DNA from: Patescibacteria group bacterium | GTDB lineage: Bacteria > Patescibacteriota > Patescibacteriia > JBAZBY01 | Assembly: GCA_041671225.1 (NCBI GenBank) | Contig: JBAZBY010000001.1 | Span: 430,940 to 494,939, forward strand | DNA length: 64,000 nt | Direction: 5' to 3' | Shown: piece after piece, positions 46,332-57,800 of the stretch | How positions within the stretch are numbered: the stretch's first letter is position 1 | How the letters are laid out: every line of letters begins with the position of its first letter | The notes under the pieces: generated by a model | Told to the model about the DNA's origin: nothing | Database searches by the model: none | What the model saw: only the letters and a program-made list of their open reading frames with translations | Program-made: the position numbers and the translations under genes

Positions 46332-47279
46332 ATGAAACACGTTGAAGAGCTTCTGAATATTCCGCAGCATCTCAAGAGCCTCCACCGCCGTGAGGTGAAT
46401 TTGCTGTGGTATGGCCCGAGCCGCCTCTTTGGCATTCGGCAGGCTCAGGATAACAAAAATTCTGGTTTTATCGGTGTCATAAGAATTGCTATGCGCGAGC
46501 ATGACGCAGTGAAGCATGGGCTCATGACGGATCTCACACTGGAAGATGAAGCTCACGAGGAGCTTGCAAAGGAGCTCATTGCGCACGCAGAGGAGGAATT
46601 GAAGAAACACGGCGCAACAAAGATCGATGCCGTGGTGCTTGATGGAGATAAACGCACGCATCCTTTTCAGGAATCTGGCTATTGGCCACAACGCAAGACC
46701 GTGGTGATCGAATGGGATTTGGGCAGGCTCCCTGCGTCAGCGCCGCTTGATGGTATAGCGTATGAAGAGACCGATGCCCCGCCAGCTGAAGAAGCGGCAG
46801 ATTTCATCCTCTCTTCATATCAGCCGTACTGGCGTTGGTGGAAGAATGACTTGTCCGACCGGCCGTGGGAGCGTATTGATTACCCGGCGGCAGAACCAAG
46901 CATCGCGGAAAAAGAAAACCTCGCGAAGAATCGAGAGAAGGTGATCGCAATGCTCCGCGCTTTTAACAAAGAAGTTCCGCAGCGTATGATCCTTGCTCGC
47001 AAAGGAGGAGAGATTATTGGGCTCTGTGATGCAAAGCTTACCCATGATGAACAATTTGATTGGGGCGTGCTCATGAAGCGTGATCATCCAGGCGCGGGCT
47101 TTGGCACATCATTGCTTATCCCTATGTTGCAGTGGTTAAAGGATCATGGACGCAAAACCGCAGAGATAACGACGACGTCCGGCATGGATGACTTTGACCC
47201 CACGGTGTATCTTTATGTGCAGTCGTGCGGTGGCGCGATCCGTGGTGAGTTTATTAATTTGGTAAAAAGGAAGTTGTAA
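46332..47279 (+). CDS. tandem GNAT-family acetyltransferase-like protein
   Basis: Two GNAT-like halves (EELAKELI..AEE.L...G; HPGAGFGTSL....L.WL...G). Confidence 0.6.
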   Translation: MKHVEELLNIPQHLKSLHRREVNLLWYGPSRLFGIRQAQDNKNSGFIGVIRIAMREHDAVKHGLMTDLTLEDEAHEELAKELIAHAEEELKKHGATKIDAVVLDGDKRTHPFQESGYWPQRKTVVIEWDLGRLPASAPLDGIAYEETDAPPAEEAADFILSSYQPYWRWWKNDLSDRPWERIDYPAAEPSIAEKENLAKNREKVIAMLRAFNKEVPQRMILARKGGEIIGLCDAKLTHDEQFDWGVLMKRDHPGAGFGTSLLIPMLQWLKDHGRKTAEITTTSGMDDFDPTVYLYVQSCGGAIRGEFINLVKRKL

Positions 47280-47282
47280 AGT

Positions 47283-47351
47283 TGTCATTCCCGCGAAAGC
47301 GGGAATCCATTGTGATAATAAGAGTGGATGCCCGCCTGCGCGGGCATGACA
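47283..47351. repeat. REP/dRS3-like palindromic element
   Basis: TGTCATTCCCGCGAAAGCGGGAATCCA-N15-TGGATGCCCGCCTGCGCGGGCATGACA inverted pair. Confidence 0.85.
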
Positions 47352-47362
47352 TAGAAAAAGCT

Positions 47363-48388
47363 ATGACCCTACAAGAATATCTTCAAGCACAGCTTGAGCA
47401 GAGCGCGCGCTATACATTAACCGATGCGGATCGTGTGCTTATTGAACATGACGGTATGGAGGCATTCATCTTTAAAACACTCATGCGCAAGCCATTCAGA
47501 AAATGGGCACTACCAGAAGAATTATTACAGCGTATCCATAAGGCGATTCAGTATTCAGTGCAACAGAACGAGCCGATTCACTGTGTCTGGCCATTTGGCG
47601 GATATAAGCTTTGGAGACTTCCCTCTAGTCCAGAAGTCGATTGGGCTGAGTTTTTTTCGATTCTTTATTTTAATGAATATTTTTCTCCAATTACTGCGGC
47701 GTACTCGCCCGGGGTACGTTTTGTATTCACGTCCGATGATCATCTCTTAACGCAACTCAGTAATATTCCTCAAACTGAGACAGATGCATATTGTGATTCA
47801 CTGGAACGCCTGATTGCTGTACTGGCAAAGTCATTGCCAAACAACATGCAATTCTTTTTGTTGCGTTTTGCAGCTATTATAGAAAAAAATAAAACGGCGT
47901 ATGTGGAGCAGCTTGCTAAGGCAGTGCATGAACAGGAAAAGATTTTTAGTCGTGTATCTGAAGAATCACGCGCAGCGGAGTTGCGTAAAGCAGCATTGAA
48001 TATTCGTTGGGACGGTGCGGAGAATCTTACTGGAATAACCGAAGAAGAGAAGCGGAGGTTTATTGAGAAAGCGCCAGTTCTTCACGATGCTCATTATAGT
48101 ACGCCACTCGTACGGGAATATTATGCTCAACAAGGTCTTCTTGAAGTGTTTACAACAAAGTTTGGTTCAAATATCGCCATTGGGACAACAAAATCATCTC
48201 GTACAAAATTCTGGACCGGTTTCGGTATTTTGGAGAAACATAAAGATTCCTGGCAACCGCGTATTCTTTCTCCTCAACAATTTGAGAAAGCAAAAGACAT
48301 GCCGCATGACGTCGTGCCAAGCGACCTTATTCCACTGAAGAATTTCACCGAGATCTGGACGTTCCCTGAAGCGTTTTCATTTAGTTAA
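47363..48388 (+). CDS. hypothetical protein, distant PvcA/DIT1 (isonitrile synthase)-like
   Basis: V..N.PI..V.P....K......P..D.AE..S......I...Y.PG......SD......L..I......AY pattern. The track start lies inside the REP element. Confidence 0.5.
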   Translation: MTLQEYLQAQLEQSARYTLTDADRVLIEHDGMEAFIFKTLMRKPFRKWALPEELLQRIHKAIQYSVQQNEPIHCVWPFGGYKLWRLPSSPEVDWAEFFSILYFNEYFSPITAAYSPGVRFVFTSDDHLLTQLSNIPQTETDAYCDSLERLIAVLAKSLPNNMQFFLLRFAAIIEKNKTAYVEQLAKAVHEQEKIFSRVSEESRAAELRKAALNIRWDGAENLTGITEEEKRRFIEKAPVLHDAHYSTPLVREYYAQQGLLEVFTTKFGSNIAIGTTKSSRTKFWTGFGILEKHKDSWQPRILSPQQFEKAKDMPHDVVPSDLIPLKNFTEIWTFPEAFSFS

Positions 48389-48412
48389 GGAATCTGGTAC
48401 GCTACTTTCACT

Positions 48413-49006
48413 ATGGCATTCCAAATAAAAGACCTTCCATTCGGCAAAGATGCGCTCAAGGGCATTTCTGAGAAAACAACGGAGATTCACCATGACAAGC
48501 TTTATGCTGGCTATGTCAACAAACGCAATGAGATTGCGGAGGCTTTGGAGAGTGCGGATCGCAGCAAAGCGAACCAGGCATACAGCCCGTTCCGCGCATT
48601 GAAGCTAGAAGAAACCTTTGCAGCAGACGGTGCGATTTTACATGAGATCTATTTTGACTCACTTGGCGGCGACGGCAGCCTTCCTGATGGCGCATTCAAG
48701 CAGAAGATAGTAGAAGACTTCGGCTCGTGGGAGAAGTTTGTTGAGGATGCGACGGCAACGGCCATGGCCGCGCGCGGCTGGGCAGTGACCGCGTATGATC
48801 CCTCGGACGGGAAGATCCGCAATTTTCTCTGCGATATGCATAACCAGGGCGGCGTGTGGGGCAGTGTTCCGCTATGGACCATCGACTGCTACGAACACGC
48901 ATACTTTATTGATTACGGCGCAGATCGCGGGGCATATATCAAAGCGGTGTTTGAGAATGTGAATTGGGCTGCAGTAGCAAAACGCTACGACGCGGCAAGC
49001 GCGTAG
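48413..49006 (+). CDS. sod: Fe/Mn superoxide dismutase family protein
   Basis: LP, HHDK.Y.GYV, LHE.YF, GW, D.YEHAY.IDY. Confidence 0.9.
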   Translation: MAFQIKDLPFGKDALKGISEKTTEIHHDKLYAGYVNKRNEIAEALESADRSKANQAYSPFRALKLEETFAADGAILHEIYFDSLGGDGSLPDGAFKQKIVEDFGSWEKFVEDATATAMAARGWAVTAYDPSDGKIRNFLCDMHNQGGVWGSVPLWTIDCYEHAYFIDYGADRGAYIKAVFENVNWAAVAKRYDAASA

Positions 49007-49079
49007 GAAATAAAAAAAAGAATAGCATACACTCCTAACGCCAGCGTCTGGAGAGTTTTTCTATATCCGCAATAGTGTT

Positions 49080-49757
49080 TTACGCCTTCGGTAACTGTGC
49101 AATAACTTCGTCAGCCGATGCAAAAAATTGCACGTTTTCCATGTATTGCGCGGGAAGCGCGCGCATGTTCACCATCGTCTGCAGCATTGGTGTCCAGTAA
49201 TTACTGATGAACACCATTTGCGGAAGCTGTTCCGGGTGATATTGGTGGTCATGCAAATGAACGACCGCGCGAAGAAGTTGCTGCAATGTTCCGATGCCAC
49301 CCTGGAAGATCACCATGATCGGCGGGCATGTTGCGAGAATTTCAATACGCTGCGAAGGAGAGTTCACCATCGCGTACTCATGCTTCATGCGCTGCTTTTT
49401 TTCATCAATTTCAGGGTAGAGCACGCCAATGACATTTTGACCTCCACCCTTTGAACTTGCCTGCATGATTCCTTTTTTTCGACCGCCATTTAACACAATA
49501 CCGCCGAGTTCCACGATGGTTGCAGCGAGTTTTTTGGCGTCTTCTGCGTGAGGGTGATTCATGGGCATGTCTTCCCCACCGCCATTGATAGAGACAACGA
49601 GTCCTTCACTCTCAAACGTACCCAAAAGCTCTTTTGATGATTTGTGAAGATGAGCCCATGCTTTTTCACGTTTAATTTCAGCTTCCTGCATGACCTCGCC
49701 AAAAAAACGTCGCTTACGCAGATCGTACAAATTACCCGAGGTTGCCATATGTTTCAC
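49080..49757 (-). CDS. LOG/lysine-decarboxylase-like family protein
   Basis: NGG..GIM.A, R.E.L, FQGGIGTLQQL (PGGxGTxxE variant), YW. Confidence 0.6.
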   Translation of the reverse strand: MKHMATSGNLYDLRKRRFFGEVMQEAEIKREKAWAHLHKSSKELLGTFESEGLVVSINGGGEDMPMNHPHAEDAKKLAATIVELGGIVLNGGRKKGIMQASSKGGGQNVIGVLYPEIDEKKQRMKHEYAMVNSPSQRIEILATCPPIMVIFQGGIGTLQQLLRAVVHLHDHQYHPEQLPQMVFISNYWTPMLQTMVNMRALPAQYMENVQFFASADEVIAQLPKA

Positions 49758-50179
49758 ATTAATAGGTAAACGTAGTTGTAGCGTAGCATCAAATAGTAAT
49801 GCGTCAACGGTATGCTGAATGAGTATTGTGGGATTTCAGTAATCGCTGTTCCAATAAAGAGCAGGTCGCCAAAGATCCGCAACATTAAAAAATAAAGACC
49901 CAAAAATAATCATGACAGTCTTGAAGGCGACTCCCTCTTATCCCCGCATGGTATCTGCATCTGCCGCCAAACTACTTTTTTTTCTTGGCTCTGGCTTCAA
50001 GCATGAGTTTTTTTATTGCAAGCCTTTTTGCAGTTTTGTGGGATCGAGATTTTTGTCTGTCATTCACGCCGTGATATTTTCTTTTCATGTGTTTTTCTTG
50101 AATAATGTTCTAAGGCATTCTAACGAAAAATATGGAGATATTCAAGGCTGGCTCCATCAATACTTGCAAACGTGTTTGC

Positions 50180-50254
50180 TGGGGCGACCAGAGGGTTACG
50201 ATCCCTCGTCCCCGGGACCACAACCCGGTGTTCTACCATTGAACTATGATCGCC
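50180..50254 (-). tRNA. tRNA-His(GTG)
   Basis: G-1 plus GCGATCA/TGGTCGC acceptor stem with C73; CCGGG-TTGTGGT-CCCGG anticodon arm; atypical T-loop ATCGTAA. Confidence 0.88.
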
Positions 50255-50260
50255 ACGTCC

Positions 50261-50412
50261 AACACGGATTTCGGCCTTCGTCCCGCCGAGCGGGACTCCG
50301 CCCTCAATCACGTGTTCTCCTCTTCCCCATAAACGTGTGCTCGACCTCGCTTACGGTACTCACTCGCTACACTCATTCGTACCTACTCGGTCTGCGCACC
50401 CCGTTCATGGGG
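50261..50412. repeat. two palindromic REP-like hairpin elements in the tRNA-His leader
   Basis: AACACG..ATT...AAT.ACGTGTT (50261-50316) and CCCCATAAACG.GTGC...GCAC.CCGTTCATGGGG (50325-50412). Confidence 0.55.
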
Positions 50413-50489
50413 GCCCCAGGGATTAGGGGAGTTAAATGCCAAACGATTCTAGTGCAATTGTAACATGAAGTCAATGCTATACTAGAAAT

Positions 50490-51494
50490 ATGAACTTTAA
50501 TCGTATGTGGTTTATTGTCGGTTATCTCTTGCTTCTGTTGTTTTTTGGTGGACTGGCGGTTTATTCTTTTACACAGTTCAGTCAGGGCATACGCGCATTG
50601 CCTGATGATTTTGGCACGTCAGTGCAGGTACGGGATCCAGTACAACCGGCACAAGACGTAAACGGAGCAGAAGTGGAATCCCTATCCCTGACAGAACGCG
50701 CACCGATGACTTTGTTGTTTGCCGGGGATGTCATGCTGTCCCGCTATGTGGATACACTTATTCAGCGCGCAGGTACGCCGGACATGCCATGGGAACTCAT
50801 GGCGGATTCCACGCAACATGCGGATATTTTTTTTGTGAATCTTGAGGCGCCTTTTTCAGATGTCGGGCCGTATGACGACGAAAATATGGTGTTTCATGTG
50901 CGGCCGGACTATGTGAGTGGATTGAACTTTGCCGGTGTTGATGTTGTTTCTTTTGCGAACAATCACTGGCGGGATGCGGGCGATAGCGGTGTTAAAAAAA
51001 CAAAAGAGACGCTTGCGGATAACGACATCGCGTATGCACTACCCGGCGAACCGACGCTCATGGAGCGGCGTGGCTGGCGTATCGGATTCACTGCCGGTGC
51101 GTATACCATCGGGTTGAATCAGGATACGCTCAAAGCGGATGTTGCTTCACTTCAGGATCAGGGTGCGGATTTTATCGTGAGCAGCATGCATGCGGGCGTG
51201 GAATATCAAAAGACACCGAGCACATCTCAGGAAACCTATGCGCATGCGGCCATTGATGCCGGAGCAGATCTTGTGGTGGGACATCATCCGCATGTGACGC
51301 AGACCATTGAAGAGTACAACGGTGGGTACATCGTGTATTCGCTCGGCAACTTCATATTCGATCAGTTCTGGAGCGCAGACACGCTGCGAGGGCAGGTGCT
51401 GGATGTGTTCTTAAGCGAAGACAATTCAACGTACGCGTTGAGGGACATCACCATAAACAACAAGACACAGCCAAGCCTGGTTGAGATTCGTTGA
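50490..51494 (+). CDS. CapA/PGA_cap family metallophosphatase-like protein
   Basis: GDVM, NLE.P, ANNH..D.G, H.G.EY, GHHPHV.Q, YSLGNF.FDQ. Confidence 0.9.
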   Translation: MNFNRMWFIVGYLLLLLFFGGLAVYSFTQFSQGIRALPDDFGTSVQVRDPVQPAQDVNGAEVESLSLTERAPMTLLFAGDVMLSRYVDTLIQRAGTPDMPWELMADSTQHADIFFVNLEAPFSDVGPYDDENMVFHVRPDYVSGLNFAGVDVVSFANNHWRDAGDSGVKKTKETLADNDIAYALPGEPTLMERRGWRIGFTAGAYTIGLNQDTLKADVASLQDQGADFIVSSMHAGVEYQKTPSTSQETYAHAAIDAGADLVVGHHPHVTQTIEEYNGGYIVYSLGNFIFDQFWSADTLRGQVLDVFLSEDNSTYALRDITINNKTQPSLVEIR

Positions 51495-51501
51495 TATGCT
51501 C

Positions 51502-51640
51502 TGGTACCCCCGGAAGGAATCCCCGCCTTCGTCCCATACCGAGACTTCGGCGGGTCCGCCGTAGCTCTTCCGAGAGCGGAGGCGGAGAAACCTACATCTT
51601 GGGTGGCTTACACACCTACGTCCTTACGGGCTATGGTGGG
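51502..51640 (-). pseudogene. tRNA 3'-half remnant interrupted by palindromic repeats
   Basis: TGGTACCCCCGGAAGGAATC | two GC hairpins (51522-51586) | GAAACCTACATCTT; a third hairpin at 51611-51640. Confidence 0.5.
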
Positions 51641-51665
51641 CAGGAAGTTCTCAAACAAATATTCT

Positions 51666-51740
51666 TGGTGCCCCGTGAGGGAGTCGAACCCCCATTAGCG
51701 GCTTAGAAGTCCGCAGTTCTATCCGTTGAACTAACGGGGC
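51666..51740 (-). tRNA. tRNA-Arg(TCT)
   Basis: GCCCCGTTAGTTCAACGGATAGAACT-GCGGA-CTTCTAA-GCCGC...GGTTCGACTCC...GGGGCACCA. Confidence 0.92.
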
Positions 51741-51852
51741 TAGCGAAGCGACCATACCAAAAAAAATCATGTATGGTCAATGACGGAGCAATACATTCGT
51801 AGAAAGGTGGTGTTTTGTGGCATAATAAAAGATTACAGGGGGCTATGTTTTC

Positions 51853-54800
51853 ATGAGAAAGCCTAAAAAAATAAAGCGAAAGCAAAACGCAACCAGGGGG
51901 ACGCGATTCTTTTCTCTGGCGCTGGGTATCATTGTGGCGCTGGGTCTTCTTATTGTGCTTTGGCCCCAAACACTTGAGGAGCCTGAACGCCCTTTACGCA
52001 AGAGTATTCTCGGGCTCGAACAGCGCTTTCTCATCCCCGGCACGTGCACCGGATGGCATGAATCCGCGCGCGCAAAAGAGACTGATCTTCTTGGTTCTTC
52101 TGCTCGTGATGCATTTGATGATTCTAATAGTGCGTTTATCCCTGGCAAAGAGGCAGTGCTTGGTGTTGGGAATATTGAGTTAGAGGATGTGAGCACAGAA
52201 TTGCGTTGTGACAGCTTTGCTTTTCCAGAAGATATTGAACCGAATGCGTTGCTGGAAAATATATTCCTTCGTCTTTCGCTTGCCGCAGATGGAGTGCCTG
52301 ATAATGAAGATGTGCTGGCACTGTCATATAGCACAGATGACGGAGCAAGCTGGCATACGCTTGAATCCTTTCCGCTTATTGACGAGCTAAGCAATAATAT
52401 CAACGACGGTTTTTTTCGTTATGAACTGCCAGAACTGACTGATCCAAAAAATCAACTGGGGCATCTTATATTTCGGGCGGAGTATTACCCTGGATTCATT
52501 GAGCAGCACAGCCAAGCACTGATTGATGGCGTGAATATCGCCATGTCCTTTCAGACCGACCCCGAGGAGTTTGATGTAGATGCTACGCCATTAGAAGCAG
52601 TACAGATTGCGAAAGGAGATTTTCAGATGTTTGAAGATCCGGTCATACGGGTGGATATTGAAGAGCGTAGCGCGTTGAGTTTTATTGGCATTGGTGCCAC
52701 AAAACGCGAGGTGACGAACATTAAAGTCACTGATCCGGTTGGTACTATCATCCCTGACGTTGCAGTATCTGAAGTAAAAAAGGGCAAAAAGACCATTGCT
52801 GAATATCGGATTGATGAAACGCAGTTTACTCAGCCTGGGCAGTATCAGGTGCAGATTGAAATCACACAGGACGGGGAAACATACCTCATCACCCAGGATT
52901 TCACCTGGGGCGTGCTAGCGCTGAACGTGCTGAAGTCCGTTGCGCTCCCGGGCGAGACCGTGAATGCCGGCATGGCGGTGCTCACTCCCGGCGGCAATAC
53001 GCTCTGCGATGCGGAATTGGAACTGATCGTCACCAGCCCGTCTGGGACGCGCGAGACCTTCCGCACAACGGATGGCACCATAGCGCTTTCATCCGAATGC
53101 GGCCCGGAGACCGTGACCAACGTGCCGGATTATGCGGCATCATTCACCGCAATCGAGGTTGGACTACACGGCTTGGCACTCACTGCGCGCACGGAGTATG
53201 GCGAGTACACCATCACCGACGCGCTTGACGTCCGCGCGAGCGTGCCGTTTGATGTGACACGGCTCGGCCCGACGCGCATCTATCCGGAGGCGGACTATAC
53301 GATGTATATGGAAGTGGTCCCCACGCAGGATCTGCTGGGCACGGTGGAAGAATTCGTTCCGGCGGGCTTTGTCTTGAGCAACGTGTCCGATGGCGGCGAA
53401 GAGCGCGCCATCAGCGACGCGCAAAAAGCAGTACGCTGGCTGGTGGACTGGAAGGCGGGGCAATCATATACCCTTTCTTACACATTTGATGCGCCGAATG
53501 TGAGCCCGGAATTTTATTTGCTCGGCCCTGCAACATTCGGTGCGTCGTTCGTTGAAGCACGGCAATGGCAGATCGCTTCTGATGCAACGGATAACATGCT
53601 CGCTTTTTGGGCAGGCGGTGATCCGCCAGCAGGGTGGACGTGCGTGTCTTGCGGCTCCGGTGACTTTTACCAGAAGTTTCCCCGCGGCGCTGCCACTTAC
53701 GGCGGAACAGGCGGCGCAGCGACCCATAACAATCACTCCATCTCATGGGTATCTACCACTGGCACAATTACTCCTCCATTTTCAAATATTGGTGGTGCTG
53801 TAACTGTTGCAGCAAAAGTTCATACCCATCCATGGATAAGTAGTGCCAGCATGGGCAGCGGCACATTGCTGCCGGCCTATCAGAATCTGAAGGTCATTCG
53901 GTATGACACCACCGGCACCCCGGCGACCATTCCCTCTGGCGTGATTTTGATGTTTGATGCCGCTCCGACCGGATCTTGGTCGCGCTACACAGCCCAGGAC
54001 AACGATATGATTTATGGCGAGAATGACGCCACTGGTACTGGCGGGACAGCGACGCATACTCATGGCAGCGTCGGTTATACTGTGGATTCATCTACTGAGA
54101 CATCTACACCTCAATTTGGTATGGGCGGTGTTTTTGGGGCAGTAAACGGACATCAGCATACTGTTTCTGGTGCAACCACTGCTTCAGGTAATCATACACC
54201 TCCTTATTTAGGCGTGCTTCTTTATTCAGCCACTGCTGATAATACCCTGCCAAGTGACGCCATAGCCATGTGGGATGACACCCCGGCTGACACAGATTGG
54301 TCTGTGGTTTCAGGCGCTGCCCAATCCTATAATGGTAAATTTTTAATGGGCGTATCCTCATATACTGGGACTCCCGGAGGCAATTCCACCCATAATCATA
54401 GCAACCTCGGCAGTACTACCAGTGCGCCAACAGGCGGAACAGTTGAAGCGGAAGGAGGAACTAAAGGAACTGGTGCAGTTAGTACCCACACTCATACAGC
54501 CACCGTTTCTTTCGGAAATGTGAATAATCTGCCGCCGTACATTGATGTGATCATGGCAAAGTATACTGCGCCTGTTGGCATAGATATTTCAGGGCGTATT
54601 TATACCGATGAAGGATCCACCGGGCTTGATTGCGGCACGCCGCGCACGGTGCATCTCCGCATCAATGGTTCCGGAACAGACACGGTTGAGTGTTCCAATT
54701 CGCCGTCCAATGGCTCTTTTTCATTCAGTGGTGTTTTTGTTGACTCGGCGGATATTGTCACCCTCTATCTTGATAACGAGACCGAGGAGGCGACCACGGT

Positions 54801-57800
54801 TTTTGTTTCCGACGGCACTTCGCAGACCGACGTGGCGCTGTATCAAGATTTCGTCGTCGTGCGCGCGGATACCGGTTCCATCATCAATGCGAATCTTGTC
54901 ACCGGAGATGATGCAGATGATGACGTGAAGTATAACGTAGCGTCCAGCAACCTCACCGTCGATTCCGGCTTTGCTTTGCACGTCTGGACCGGAGATACCT
55001 TTGCGCCCGGAGGCACGGTGACCATGCAAGGAGCTGGCGGCAGTGTGCATATCAACACATCCGCAACGCTCAACATGGCCGGGAGCGCGCTCTCCGTCAC
55101 CGGAAGTTTTGATAACGACGGAACATACACCCCAGGAGCGAACTTAACGTACTTCGCCGCTCCTTCCGGCACCGTTACCATAAGTTCAGCAAGCGCATTC
55201 AACAATATTTCATTCAATGAAGATGGCGGGCCGGTGACCTATACGCATTCTTCAGCCCTCGACGTGAACGGGACCTTCACGCTATTGGACGGGACCTTCC
55301 AACAGGGAGCGAATGTGAACCTGAATATCGCCGGCAACATCGAATTAGCGAACGCATCGACGTTCACCAAGGCTTCCGGCACCGGACTTTTGATCCTTGA
55401 CGGGGATCTGACATTTTTTGATTGGCACGCGTCAAAACAGGATATGGGAAATGTGCACATCGGGACGTCGCCTGACACCACGGATCTTACAAGCGACATG
55501 GCCGCAACATCGCTTACGGTGAATGCCGCTGATATTTTCAACACGAACGGTTATGACCTTGATATCGGAACGGGGGGCATCACCGTTTCCGGTACGCTTG
55601 ATGCAACGGATGACGCTGAGGGGGATGATACGAGCATCAATACCGAAGGGCTGTTCGATTTGAACAGCGGCGCAACATTCACGCAGGATCAGAGTACGGT
55701 GACGTTTGACGCAACGTCCGGTACTGATGGCATCACCGATGATGCAACGCTCACATTCTACAACCTTGTGCTTAATGATGCTGGCGGTTCGCTTCAGGTC
55801 GACGCGGTGAACAGTTTTGAAGTGAGCAACAACCTCACCATTACCAACGGTACGCTGAATATTGCGAGCGGCCAGACCGTGACGCATAACGGTGCAACGC
55901 TCACGCTTTCAGATATCATCAGCGGCGCCGGCCGGCTCACGTACACGAGCGCAACGGCGTTCCCGGCCACCGGTACCATATCTTCCATATTGCGTTTTGA
56001 CGCGACCGGCGGGAACCAGACCATGAGTGCGCGAACGTATGGGGGCAACGTGGAAGTGTACAACAACAGCGCGAGCACGCGCACAGTGACGGCAGCAGCA
56101 GGGACAGAAACGCTGAGCGCGAATCTGGATCTTTCCACAGGCAACGCCGCGGTGACGCTTGATCTGAATGCGAACAACCCGACATTCGATGTGGCCGGGA
56201 ATGTGACCATCGGCGCGAGCACAACGCTCATTGCGACGACGAGCGCATTCACCGTGGCTGGAAACTGGGACAACAACGGCACCTTCACGCATTCCAGCGG
56301 CACGGTCACCATGGATGCTGCGGATACGGACAACACGATCGAGTGCGGAGCATCTTCGTTCAATGCGCTGACGCTGGCCGGAAGCGACAGCAGCGGCACG
56401 TGGACCGCGCAAACGGACAATTGCACCGTGGCCGGAACATTGAATGTGGATACCAGTGACGTCCTGACCATCACCACTGTTACCGTGACGCATTCAGGCG
56501 CAACGCTCACGCTCAACGGAACGATTTCCGGCACGGGCCGTCTGACGTATTTGAGCGCGACCAACTTTCCTACCTCTGGGACCATCTCGTCCATCCTGCG
56601 TTATGATATGACTGCTACAGCCCAGAATGTCACCAACCGGACGTATGGCGGCTTGGTGGAGATCTATGCGAACACCGCGTCAACACGTTCAGCAACGGCA
56701 CTCGCCGGCACCACTGTGATGACCGGCGGACTGACGCTTTCCACGGGCAATGCCGCAGTCACCTTTGACCAGACGACAAGCGACCCGACGCTCACGGTAA
56801 CAGGAACCGTGACCATCGGTACAGGAACGACCTTCAGCGCCAGCAACAGCGCCACAACATCTTTTGCCGACAGCTATATCAACAATGGAACATTTACTGC
56901 CAACAGCGGAATAATCACCTTCACGGCAACGGATGCAGGCAATACACTTTCTGGCACGCTCAACGGGTCATCCGCTTTTTATAAAGTTAGATTCAACGGC
57001 ACGGGCGGCGAATGGACCACGCAGGACCCCATGCTCATCTCCGCAGCCAATGACGCTGCTACGCTTCAACTATATGCCGGAACCGTGACGGTCGGAAATG
57101 GTAATGGCGATAATTTCGAGGTGGACGGCAGAGTTGTCATTGCCGGGAACGTCGGTGAAACGGCAACACTGCAGACTGCCGCACTTGCTGAAGGCAGCTC
57201 ACTCATTTTTGACATGAATGCCAACACATCCACACCAACGTGCGCAAACTGTTATGTGCAGGTTGGGGTAGGCGGCGGTGCTGGTACCGGAATATTCAAA
57301 GTACAGAAGAATACTATTCTGCGCCTCAACCCGCGCTCCGCAGCAACAGCATCAGATACCGGTGTCCAAGTGCAGACCACCGGAAATTTTCAAGTCGTCG
57401 GTTCACTTGATGATTCTGGTACGTCAGATAGCACGACCAACGAAACGACGCTTACCGATACCACGAAGGCCTGGACGACCGACGCGCACATCGGAAAGAA
57501 GATGCGCATTTCTAATACGAGTTCCCTTGCCTACGGCCGCGTGTATCCCATTACCGCCAACACTGCGACCGCGCTCACATACACCACCACGGCGTCGGCC
57601 AGCTCCACCATCGCGTCCATCACCAACACCGGCGCCAACCCCACGCGCATCATCTGTTCCGCGTCGAACGCCTTGATCACGGCGGACGACGCAGGTATCG
57701 GACGATATCTCCACGATACAACCGGTACAGCAGGCTATTTCCAGATCGTTGACTCCACGAACAATAATGCGTCATGTTCTTCCAATGACTCATTTGTCAT

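Noticed and set aside
49800-50160. Possible degraded membrane-protein gene or the 183-aa plus-strand ORF at 49912
   Set aside because: Minus-strand frames are broken by stops with no recognisable family; the plus ORF runs antisense through tRNA-His.
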